A stretch of 64,000 nucleotides of DNA from Dendrobates tinctorius (Eukaryota). The translations under genes were made by a program, and so were the position numbers. Shown here in pieces: positions 1 to 11,203 of this stretch. The notes under the pieces are model-generated. The model ran no database searches and was not told the origin of the DNA. It saw nothing but the letters and a program-made list of their open reading frames with translations. The stretch is from positions 19,096,001-19,160,000 of the forward strand of contig NW_027361727.1 in the NCBI RefSeq assembly GCF_039654945.1. Direction: 5' to 3'. Positions within the stretch are counted from its first letter, which is position 1. Every line of letters begins with the position of its first letter.

Positions 1-440
1 CGCGACCGGCGCGTCACACGGCGCGACCAGGCCACGCCCCCACGCCGTCGGCTGCCCCCTGAACCGGAAGTAGACGCCGGCAATGGCGCGGCCGACTCCG
101 ACCCGCGCCCGCCAAGCAGAAGGGACAGCGCGCCCGCCCCCCCACCCGGCGAGGCGGAAGAGGGAGCCGGGTCTACTCACCCGATACCGGCGCTGGCCAT
201 CCTGTAGTGGATTCTCCCCCTGGAGGCCCCTACATTTAACACTGCCTGCACTAACAGTTCCCTGAGTCGGCCGCCAGGCCTGGGTCTTCATCCGTGATCC
301 TCAAGGTATGTTTGCAGGGATCCCCTGTCAGGGACAGGAAACCAACTGAAGCGGGAGAGAGGGCCGCCTTTTTATGTCTGCAGGTTTCCTGTCCCCGAAG
401 GGTAGATCCCCTCTCTCGTGGTGCTGTCATGGCGACTGAA
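1..440 (-). mobile_element. 5' end of a DIRS-type (tyrosine recombinase) retrotransposon, running off the window to the left
   Basis: Minus strand reads CCATGACAGCACCACGAGAGAGGGGATC...GGGACAGGAAACC, resembling anuran DIRS left terminal repeats (recalled, not searched). Internal inverted repeat GGGACAGGAAACC (330-342) / GGTTTCCTGTCCC (383-395). CpG-rich, with an abrupt switch to AT-rich DNA at ~440. Confidence 0.6.
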
Positions 441-3400
441 TAGATTTTGTTACTTAGTATTTTGCCATATCACCCTCTCTGGCAACTAAGCCAGTTTTGC
501 TATTAGACAGTTTTTGATCATGCCCCCCCCCCCCCCCCATCATGTGCACTTAAGTGAAATCATGATGCGGATTTTATATGTAAAGTTTGTGCCAGCACTG
601 TATATAAATAGAGTATATTACACACCCAATACTCCCCAACCTCAGCGTGGCTGTTACCAGTGAGTTAGAGGTCCTTGTTGCGCCATGTAATTGCTGCCGC
701 CAATGAGTGCTTGCTGATAAGATGTCCGTGCCCTGACAAAATAGTAAAGGATGGTCGCAACTTGTCAGTGGCCAGTGATTGTGTCATGTCACCCACTGGG
801 AACAGCAGCTTTGACATTGCAGGATATGAGTATTACATATCAGGTACTTCAGTTGAGTTGAACAGCAATGCCACACAACCCATGTATACTTGCATTCTCT
901 AATCCAGCACAGCTCCTAACTTAAAGCAGTATGAGGGCCTGTGGAACCAACTATAGGTTTTGGCCTGTAACGTCAGTAGGCCATTCACAGTGGAGTTTAT
1001 TTACTTTGAAGCCAAAATACGATTCACTCATTAAAGGCAATGTGACCACAGCATATGGCAACTGCAGTGCCATGGGAGAATGGCAATAGACAAAACGAGT
1101 AAATACAAAAACAGAACAAAGAAGAGACGTGTACACTCAGCAAAGACACCGCAGGGATTTGAACCCCACCCTGTATGACAGGAGTGCCAACCACCGGTAT
1201 CTTTTGCTTTTTTTGAGCAATTGTAAAGGAACAGGAGAAAAGCAAAACCTGGGACAACAAAATTGTTCTCCTAGGAAAAAGAAAACCTTTGCAAGACCAT
1301 CGGAAGAGCAGTGATTTTCTACATCTTCTAAATCTATTCTTTTCGTGTTAATGTTCACTTGATGCAATTTTGACCTGAAAAAGTGAAACAGACTGCTTTA
1401 CAGCCAGCCCCCTCCCTCTACCACCCTCCAGTGTGAAGGGACACATTCCCCTAAATTCTGTGCCAAGATTACATGGATGCAACATTAACAGCCAAACACA
1501 AACTATGACAAATACAGTATGTCGTTACCTTTATAACTACTTGCCAAGATACGCAAAGCGATTTTCAACTTTCCTGGATGCAATGTACCAAGCCATACCT
1601 TTTGTATAGCAGCAACTGATCTCCTCGGTTCCAAGAAGATGCTACATAATGCAAATTTATGTTATTCCCCCCCCCCCCCGTACCATAATAACCTCTTCTC
1701 CATACTACTTTAAATGCCCTCTACCTTACTAGTTCAGCAAAGCCTCCTTCTCCCCCAGTTGAAAGGTCCATTATTGATGAACACAAGTTTTAATACACTG
1801 TACAGGCGACAGCTTAGATACCATGATTCATCAGTTACCAAAACAATAAGAACAGCTCAAAGTTGCAGTGGGCTAAGTTAGCAACCAGTTACTAAACATT
1901 AATGAGCTGAATGGGTGGGATATAAAACTCCCTTTATTATGTGCTTCCCCAATTTTATTAAGATACATACCGCTGGTTTTTCCTATGGCAACAAGAATGC
2001 TCTGCACCTTTATACATATGAAGACAGAAGACACTGTACTCTTGAAGAACAAGCCAAATGTTAAACCTGCCCCGAATCATTTTACGAAATAAGTTATTCT
2101 TAGTGCCTTGTACTGGAGCCAGATATCACCAACCTGAAAAAAGAATCTGAAAACAAGCTGGATAGTTAGCCCCCACCTACCCCAATCAAAAAAAATAATA
2201 AAAAAATTAAGATGCTATAATAAAGTGGGTTATTCATTGTGGCCAGTGACTCTGAAAAGTGAAAATGAACCAGTGTAGAAAATCCCAGAGTATGGGAATT
2301 GTTATGGAAGGAATCCAAGATGTGAAGAGTATGCTCCCACCAAAAGGAATAGAAAGACCAACCTCACTGTAGACTGTATTTTTCAATACTGTAATATGGC
2401 AGCTGACCAAATACTTAGCAAGAACTGCTAGTTTGTCCTCATGTTTCCATTAGACCCACAAAAATGCATTCTATTCCATCTGTACATCACGTGCGATACA
2501 AGACTGGATAAATCCTTTCCACTACTAGTTTAGTATTGGAAGCAAAGCATGTTTTTTCCTGTTGCTGAAAGATTATGGACCAGAGGTATCCACGTTCATC
2601 ATGAAATTGGCAGATACGGTCACTTGCCACTAATTGTGCAATTCTCGGCAATATTTAAAAGTGCTCAAGGTTTCTGGAAGAAAACAGAACAAAACTCCGC
2701 CCAACCAAAGAGTTTACAACAATCAATAGTCACACTCACTGGGTATGGGAACATAAAGCAAGTGCTCATGGACTACTCACACAAAGGAAATCTACAGACA
2801 CGACCGATGAAGATGAGGAGGCTCATGCACAAGGCACGTTACCTGCTACAGACGCCAAGCACTTATGTTCTTTGTAGTTTGCAAGAGAAAGACACCAAGC
2901 CAGACAAGTTGTGCATTTCCTCCATGCCCCATTCCAGTGTGCCGCGTCACAAGATACTCTCAGCGCCACCTTATGAAGGAATGCTACATGCTGAACGGAA
3001 AGGAAGACTAGAACCAAGCTTTGCAAGCCTTTGCCGCCGCATGTGCCAAGTTTCAGGGAATGCAATTTTTGGTTTGATGTAGCTAAACCATGAAGATTCT
3101 GAAAAGAAAATCTGAAACAAAGTTGCCCATATCCACCCACCCAAGAAGAAAGATATACAAGACAGCCCAAAGCTTTAAATATGCATAAATGTTAAAAGCA
3201 GCAAGCCAATTATACACCTTTTATATTACATTAAGTCTAGGTTAGTTTTCAATCTAGCACAAAAATGTCATTTTATCCTACTTGGGCCAATCACTGCTGA
3301 TATCAGCCATCTGAAAAGCCATTAGGTAGAAGAAGAAAGATTGCGCCCCACTTGCTAAGCTTATTTTTTACCGCCATCATGGGACATTCTTTAGCTTTCC

Positions 3401-3469
3401 AATACACAATCTTCTTGGATATCATTGAATAGATTAAACTTGTAGTTTTGATGGGGGGGGATACATTAA

Positions 3470-3822
3470 GGCTTTGTGCCCACGATCAGGAATAGGAGCA
3501 TTTTGGACGCAGCTCACCTGCACCAAGCCCAAAACACTGCGTTCTACATTAGAGGCACCGTGGATGGGGTTTATAGAGATTCCATGCCCACTGTGCTTCC
3601 ATTTTAAGCTGCATAAACTCACCTGCGCTGCAGTTCATGAGCCGCAGCATGTCAACTTCTGTTGCAGAGACCCTAGTCTCCACAATAGGATGTATTAGAT
3701 GCGGTAAATTCGCAATGTTCAGTGGACATGTGTGGATTTACCTGCATGATTAGAACAGTGTTTTGGACACAGCGAGAAAACTGTCCAAAGCGCTGCTACC
3801 TCCTGATCTTGGGCACATACCC
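3470..3822. mobile_element. PIF/Harbinger-type MITE
   Basis: TIRs GGCTTTGTGCCCACGATCAGG / CCTGATCTTGGGCACATACCC; TAA/TAG flanks. Related to 47140-47497. Confidence 0.75.
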
Positions 3823-5618
3823 TAGAGGGAATGTATCAGGTGATTTCATGCTACCTATGGTTTGGGGAAAATGAATGGCAGCCAATGTACAGAAATGCAC
3901 CAGCATTTAAAAAAAAACAACCCACATTGAATTTTGGGTAGCACGAGTCAGATGATCGGTTCCCTTTACAAGTTAGTCACCATAAGAATACTGTAAGTGC
4001 TAAACGCAAGTGACACCCAGAATGAAGAGCGAGAAACTGATCCCAGGAATAAGTCACTGGGCTGCTTGCTGCGGTCCCCCTCTCCGCAGGAGATCACTAG
4101 AAGACCAAAACCTGCTGCCATGTAGTTCCCCATAACCTCACTCGTTTTCTGTGTACACTGTGCATAGGCAGAAATCTGCCAGTGGCATGGGTGCAGTAAC
4201 AGATCTCAGCACTCCAAGTACCATTAGATTTGCAGCAGATATACTGCAGTTTTGACAAGTAATGTCAGCCCTCTAAATGACATCAATGGAATCAGGGTCT
4301 CTGCCTCTACATCATGCTGCTCCCAGATGCGGTAACAAAAACCTGGTACAGATCACTTTTAAAGTTAGCTGGAGAAAAATAAGCCATGAACAAAAAAAAA
4401 AAAAAAAAAGTTACTGGATTTTGGCCACCTGCAGTTCAACTATTAGCAAACAAAGGTGAACAAGTACAGCACTTATCTGTTAAAAGGTTGAGTTTCCAAT
4501 TCCCAAGAGTAGTGCAGTACTAGCATCCATCCTCCCATACCTGCCTTCAGCAAATCCACTCATTCGGCCTGAAGTTGTATAATCATCCACTTCCTTTTAC
4601 TAGCTTGAGACTGACAATTCCCTTTGTCTTTGTTAAGACGGGGCAATATTTGTATCAATACAGATTTCTTCTTGGCCTTTTTTTTTGTAAATACATCAAC
4701 TCTTCATATGTAATAGACAAACTGTATAAGGCTCTGAAAGGTAGGAGAAATTTTGGAAAGGTACAAACAAACCTTTTAAGGCTTGTGACATACTTTGCAT
4801 TGAGATTCTTACGGCTTCATTTGAGAATGTAGGCAAGAATTTCATTTGAAGAAATTATTTAATTCTTCACAAGAAATACAGGTCTGTACCAAGACATCTG
4901 GCCTGATCTCATTTCCAATACACATATCCGTGTTATTTTCAGATTTTAGACCTCCTAAGAGGTTTTATCCCATTTTTCATCCAATCGTCAAATACCTTAA
5001 CTTTGGAACTTCCAGACGCTGTTCGAATACTGATTTATCTCAGAAGATGAATCTGAAAGAGTCTAGACAAGAGATATTGCCACAAGCCCACCCCTTCAGC
5101 CAGAGACAAGATACTCTGCATAATATATTAAAGCCATTTCTCACAAATTTGTTTTATTGATCTCTACAAAAGTAGCATAATTAAAACAATATGTATATAA
5201 AAAAAAGTGAAGTTTTCAAGTTCATCCCTTTTACAGCAGCAAACTGTTAATGCCTTACAGTGTATGGGAAAGTATTAATAAACCCAATATGTAGACTTCC
5301 CAGATTAAACCATGTCCCTATACATGAAAAGCACGTAATGGGAGTATATGCTAAATGGCAAACATTGCGTGCAGTACTACAAGATTAGTAGAAAAGGGCA
5401 TTTACCTGCTACAATCTACACTGATTTGTGTTGTAAAATAACAGTTTAAGATACCTGAGCAAATGTGTCACCGACAACTTTCTGAAAGCACAGTAGATCT
5501 AGGGCTTCTTCAGTAGACTATGAAAATCTGCAAAAATCTAGGAAAAAGTTTTATGACCTCCCGCCCACCCTTCCAGAAAAAAATAAAATAAAAAGGGGTT
5601 GTCGTCAAGTGACATTGA

Positions 5619-6530
5619 GGCTATGTGCCCACGGTGCGTGTTAAAACGCTCACTAAAAACCGGACTCCTTCCCAGAAATCGCGCGGTTTTTTCCGCGCGA
5701 TTTTACCGCGATTATAATCGCGATTTTCGTGTGCGATATTCAAGCACTTTCCAAGCGATTTGAAGCATCGCTTGGAAAGTGATTGACAGGTTGGTCACAC
5801 TCGTCAAACATAGTGTTTGACAAGTGTGACCAGGTTTTTACTATTGAGGCTGCCTATGCGGCATCAATAGTAAAAGATAGGATGTTAAAATGCTAAAAAA
5901 ATAAAAAATCGGGGTATATTTACCTTCCGGCGTCCCGCGCTGCATTCCCGGGCCACAGCGTTCCCAGTAATGCCTTGCGAGACCTGTGATGACGTAGTCT
6001 CGCGTTGCTATAGCGATCTCGCGAGACCGCTAGAGTCACGCGAGACTACGTCATCACTGGACTGTGCCGCAAGGCATTACTGGGAACGCTGTGGCCCGGG
6101 AATGCAGCGCGTGAAGCCGGAAGGTAAATATACCCCGATTTTTTTTCCTTTTTTTACAGGGGTATGGTACCCAGGGCCTGGAGGACAGTCTCCTCTCCTC
6201 CACACCGTGGGTACCAACCGGACATGAGACGCTTAACTTCCCGCATGGTGGGCATAGCCACATGCGGGAAGTAATCGATTCTCATGCATTCCTATGGGTG
6301 CGGAATCGCGGCAATTCTTTGCGATTCCACACAAAAGAATGATCATGCTGCGATTTTTTCCGCGATGCGATTCCGCTGCGGAAAAAAGCGCAGCATTAGC
6401 ACAGAATGTGCGGAATGCCATAGGAATGCATGGGGGGCGCTCTGTACACGATTTTTAAACGTTTTCGCTGCATTTTTGCACCGAAAATCGTGGCAAAAAC
6501 GCTTAAAAATCGCTACGTGGGCACACAGCC
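5619..6530. mobile_element. PIF/Harbinger-type MITE with long internal palindrome
   Basis: TIRs GGCTATGTGCCCACG / CGTGGGCACACAGCC; TGA/TAA flanks; near-perfect palindrome ~5902-6145. Confidence 0.85.
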
Positions 6531-7919
6531 TAAGGAATGCTTTACAAGGAAGCTACCAGATAAACAAAAAATCTTACCAAGTTCCTCTAGAGGCTCCTGA
6601 TCCACTTTCTGCAGCTTTCCTATAACCACCTTATACAAAAGCTATCTACACCATAAGGAATGTCCTGCCCCTTTCTCCATACACAGATATTCGGGACTGG
6701 AAATGCTTGGAGAGACAACTGGAATGGCCATAGAGTAAAAGCCTGAAAGACAAAAGCCACAAGTTTTCCCCAGACCACCCGAGACCCTCACTTACAGACC
6801 CATTTCAAGTGGTCAGCAGCACGTAGGATGAACTACTATAAATGGAGTTTAGTTTCTGTCTTCTAGAAGACTTCACCGCCAGCTACAGCGTCATACCAAG
6901 TTCTTCTGAACGCACATGGATGCTTAGTCTTGAAATTCACTCAGACTAGATTCACTGGATTTCATTCGGTCACATCGAATACCCAGCAACAGCTCATTCA
7001 CCAAGCTCTAGATAAGCAACGAGGCCTTTTGGGTTATGACAACCAAACACTTGCAGTCCGACAAGTCTTCCCGCGTAAACTTCCGAGCGCTCAGCGAAGT
7101 CAAGATGTACAGGCCTGAGCTCACTGCTCGTTTTGCCTGGAAGCACCGCTATTCTGTAAATTATGTCCTTAATAGATCTTGTGATCCTCCTCCTTACTTG
7201 CTGTTCTTCTAAATCTTCCCCCTTTAACCTAAGAAGAAAACCTCCCTCCCTCCATTACCCAAATTAACACCATCTAACTGCACAAGGCCAATATTCTTGA
7301 ATAGTTCATCTGACTCCCTCCATCTGCAATGTCTCATTAGAAAAGAATGTCAAGTTTCAGCTTTCTGTCTTTATCCAGCCTGCCAGCCTTTACTTTGCAC
7401 AGGTGGAGTTAATCCTTTCCAATCTTCCAAGTTAGTTTTTTCTAACCTTCTGTTTTTCGCACTTGTTTTTTTCTTTCCATAGATACATCCTAGCTTTTTT
7501 TCTATCCCAGTCTTCAGACTACACAAGTCCTCTGCCATCTTCCTGACTTTTCCTCTAATCCTGAGCTCTCACCGTGTTCTAGTCTCCTTGTGTGGACACG
7601 GTCCTAGTCTTCTGCCCTTGCTTTGCCAGTTTCTTCACCTGCTGACTACGAGTCTTCCATTTCTAAGTCTTCTCGGCCCAACTTCTATTAGGTGTCTACA
7701 GCTAGACATAGCAACAAGCCTTTTCTGGGAACACAACAGGACAGGAGCACAGCTGTGCTCGGCCATGACAGTCTCCTAGCACATACATTATACAGCCCAC
7801 ACGTATCTAAGACCCCCAGCACCTCTCACCATTACCCCATACTCGCCTGCCACCCTAAAATACCCAGAAACAGGGGACTGGACACAAACCCACCACCACA
7901 GATAACCCTTCCTAGCTCG

Positions 7920-8070
7920 TCCGTCTGAGGGAGGATCGCCTGGCGGTCGCTTTTATACAGCTGAGTCGTGCAGTGTATGTATTCTTCCGCCCAATGACGG
8001 CTCACCGCACGGGAATACATTAAATAATTACCTTAATATTACGGCACCTAACGTGTCCTGTTAACTGTTT
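7920..8070 (-). promoter_or_regulatory. Leftward Pol II core promoter (TATA + Inr + overlapping GC/CCAAT/half-CRE, MYB-like sites)
   Basis: Minus-strand TATAAAAG at 7957-7950; Inr-like TCAGAC with the A at 7926, 31 nt downstream; CCGCCCAATGACG at 7987-7999; CTGTTAACTG at 8058-8067; local CpG enrichment. Confidence 0.6.
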
Positions 8071-8581
8071 CATAAAGGTTACCCTACAGGCATTAGTCTC
8101 TCGGTAAGGTCACCGTCATTATTCGGTAAATACCTACAGTGAATGTAAATATTTAGATCCGGCACCACACGGGCGGATGGATATGTATTCAGGGGATGAG
8201 TACTGCGGCGACCTAGAGTAGAAGGCCTGGTGGCGCAGCGTATGTTGTGCTGACTGGTCAGGAAGGCGGTGATGGGGAGGATGGGAGCGGGGGATACAGA
8301 GTGGTTACAGCCGAGCTGAGGAGCTACAACCTCCAGCTGTAGTGCTGTGGCTGGCTCAGTCTTTCAGTTTCAGAAAAGCCTTCTCGCCTGGCTGTAGTTT
8401 GTTAAAAGAAAATAAATGCACAGGAAAGTTGTGCATTACTCACCCTCCCCAGGTCTAGCGCTGAGTCTTCAGACTTTTGTTCCTGTAACTTCGACATCTT
8501 GGCAGCCAATCCGTGTGCTCAGCGTCTCTCGCCATCAGCTCGGGGCAGAGCTTCTGTGCTGTGATTGGCTGCAGACAATAA

Positions 8582-8899
8582 GGCTGAGTTCACACTAGGC
8601 ATTTGGCTGCATTTTTTTTCTGCAGCAAAACGAGTGGCAGGAAAGAAGCTGCGGCAAAAATGCAGGTGTTGCTGCTTTTTTGTGGCAGTTTTGATGGGTT
8701 TTTTTTTTTCATGCTATTTTCCCATTTAAGTCTATGGGTGAAAAACGCAGAAAGAAGTGACATGCTGTATGCCCAAAAACAAACAAAGCACAAAATACTG
8801 ATGGCACAAAAACCGTGTGTGCATGAGATTCCTGAAATCTCATAGGCCTATCTGGTACTGTCAAATGCAGCATAAAAACACTCAGTGTGAACTTAGGCC
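8582..8899. mobile_element. Harbinger-type MITE
   Basis: TIRs GGCTGAGTTCACACT / AGTGTGAACTTAGGCC. Confidence 0.7.
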
Positions 8900-9129
8900 A
8901 ACAGGCACTGAAAACAGCCATGGAATCTCAACACTGGACCGGGGGATGGTTAGTCAACTTTTTTTTTTTTTTTTAAGCATCTGGGAGAAGAGCGTTTTTC
9001 TGTAACAGGAACCCCGCTAGGTATTTACAACAGGATCTGTCCTACGGTGTCAGACGCCCCTGTGTAGCGTCTTTCCGAGGCATGTGTTTAGTGTGCAGAT
9101 CCCAACATATACAGTAAGTAAACGGCTAA

Positions 9130-9452
9130 GGCCTAATTCACATTTCAGGTTTTGCATACGAGTGCTAGTCGTGTCTTAGGGAGAGTACCCGTACCTATAA
9201 TGGTGAATGGGGCCGTTCACACGTCCAGGGGTTTTTTTTTTAGCCAAACCATAGAGCCGTCCAGTATTGATCCAAAGGGTCGGATCAAAATCGGTAGTGC
9301 AAGTCTAGGGGTGCTGGATAGAAAGTGGAGACACTTCTTTTTTTTCATATACTGGGCAAATTTATGAAAATTGGACCAAACTGCTGAAAATCCCTAAAGA
9401 AACTTGGTCCATTTTTCAAGTACGTGGAAAAAACTAATTTGTGAATGAGACC
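9130..9452. mobile_element. Harbinger-type MITE (degenerate)
   Basis: GGCCTAATTCACA ... TGTGAATGAGACC with TAA flanks. Confidence 0.55.
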
Positions 9453-10701
9453 TAAATGTGATGTGAATATAGCTTTAAAGGGAACCTGTCACCAGAGAAA
9501 ATGCTAGCAACCTGCAGATATGGGGTTAATCTGCTGGTTACTAACCTGACGAGCGCCTGGACTTAGCTGAACGATGCAGGGAGAAAATTAACTTTGTTCT
9601 CCCCCGGCAGCATTCGGTCTCACTCACGGCTCTGTTTTTACAGGCCCGCAGCTAATAATCGCCTCTCCTCAGCCCCAGCAACGGTGCTGTCTTCAGCACC
9701 CTCTGACTCTGCGATGTCTCAGGGCAGAGGGAGCTATGACGTCATCACTGTACACTAAGCCTCTCTGCCCTGAGCATTGCAGAGGCGGGAGAGATGCTGA
9801 GTGTACCGGACCTGCAGCGAGAACGGCAGAGGTGAGTACTTGATTTTTTTTTTTTTTATGTATGAAGCATTCCATGGGGCCCATAATACTGTATGGAGGA
9901 GCATTCGATGGGGCCCATAATACTGTATGGAGGAGCATTCCATGGGGCCCATAATACTGTATGGAGGAGCATTCCATGGGGCCCATAATACTGTATGGAG
10001 GAGCATTCCATGGGGCCCATAATACTGTATGGAGGAGCATTCCATGGGGCCCATAATACTGTATGGAGGAGCATTCCATGGGGCCCATAATACTGTATGG
10101 AGGAGCATTACTGTTACGCTTACACCCTGACAGGTTGGCGCAAGCGTGGAGGGTGTGGCCCCACTGTGCCACAAACCAGACTACCCTGGAAGGGGCGAGA
10201 CTAAGCAGCTTCCTTGGTGTTCACTGGAACATCTGATGATGTGGTCAGGCTTGCGCGGCAGGTAGCTGTGAGATACCACTCTAGGGTGGTGTCTGGCTGT
10301 GGCTGCTGATCCCACTGGGGAAAAGACCGCTAGGACAAGAACGGGCAAAGGACTCGACTGCCAGACAGGCGGGCACGGCTGAGACACTGGCAGGTATATG
10401 GAAACAGGCAGGGACATGTTCAGACTGGAGGGTATAAGGGAACAGGTAGGGACCTGACTCACAGGTTGCAGAACGGAAGTAGAGCAGGACTGCAAGGAGC
10501 GGATGCTAGGCAGAGCTGCAAGGAGCGGAGCAAGGGACGAGAGCAGGGCAGATGGAGAGGACACGAGGATACTCACCGCAGGGAAAGGAAACCACAGACA
10601 AGGAGGTAAACAGACAGAGGTTAGGACTGAGTTCAGACAAGGTTAGGTACAGGAACAGGATAAGATACAGGAATAGGACACAATACAGACAAGCATCACA
10701 A

Positions 10702-11203
10702 AACAATCACTGACCTCAGGGAGACCAGTCAAAGAAAACACTGCGGCAGCCGGCAAAGGCGCTCAATCAGTGAAATCCTAGGTACAATGCTCCCTGGGAA
10801 ATATGAATATGCAAATAATGTCCGTGGAGCCTCATTTAAGAGTCTCAAACACGGGGCTTGCCAGATCTTCCTCCAGGGAAGGACCCAGCCAAGGGGTGGC
10901 TCCTTTCGGAAACCACCATTACCACCATATTAAGTGGCCCTTTAAGTCAATATCCAGCTCTTTACGAGTTTACAGATATGACAAGGGAAATACCAAGGTC
11001 AGGTATCCATCCACAGACAGCTGTTTCGGGGTGTTGCCCCTCATCAGTGTGGAGTAGGATTCTGGCTAGGTGGGAGCAATGCCTAGTAGACCAACAATCA
11101 CTGACCTCAGGGAGACCAGTCAAAGAAAACACTGCTGCAGCTGGCAAAGGCGCTCAATCAGTGAAATCCTAGGTGCAGAGATTCTTAAATGAGGCTCCAC
11201 GGA
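10702..11203 (-). mobile_element. Penelope-like pseudo-LTR / retrozyme-like fragment
   Basis: Direct repeat of ~80 bp at 10702 and 11093 (period 391); inverted segment 10821-10846 / 11178-11203; contains a hammerhead ribozyme. Confidence 0.75.
11010..11053 (-). ncRNA. Minimal type I hammerhead ribozyme
   Basis: Minus strand UCCACA-CUGAUGA-GGGG CAACA CCCC-GAAA-CAGCUG-UC/UGUGGA: complete catalytic core, 6-bp stem I, 4-bp stem II, palindromic short stem III, GUC cleavage triplet. Confidence 0.92.

Larger units (their letters stand above)
440..7930 (-). ncRNA. Putative long non-coding transcription unit (left arm; lncRNA or piRNA-precursor candidate)
   Basis: Lies downstream of a canonical minus-strand TATA/Inr. 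Many minus-strand polypyrimidine-YAG acceptors (1375, 2134, 3099, 4369, 4734, 5528, 6743, 7229) with donors nearby. No recognisable coding ORF. Confidence 0.4.

Noticed and set aside
440-5600. Decayed L1/Ngaro element or endogenous virus explaining the left arm, including ORFs 675-902 and 2549-3082
   Set aside because: I could not find EN, RT, YR or viral motifs by eye, and the ORFs lack recognisable domains. A translated search is needed to exclude this fully.
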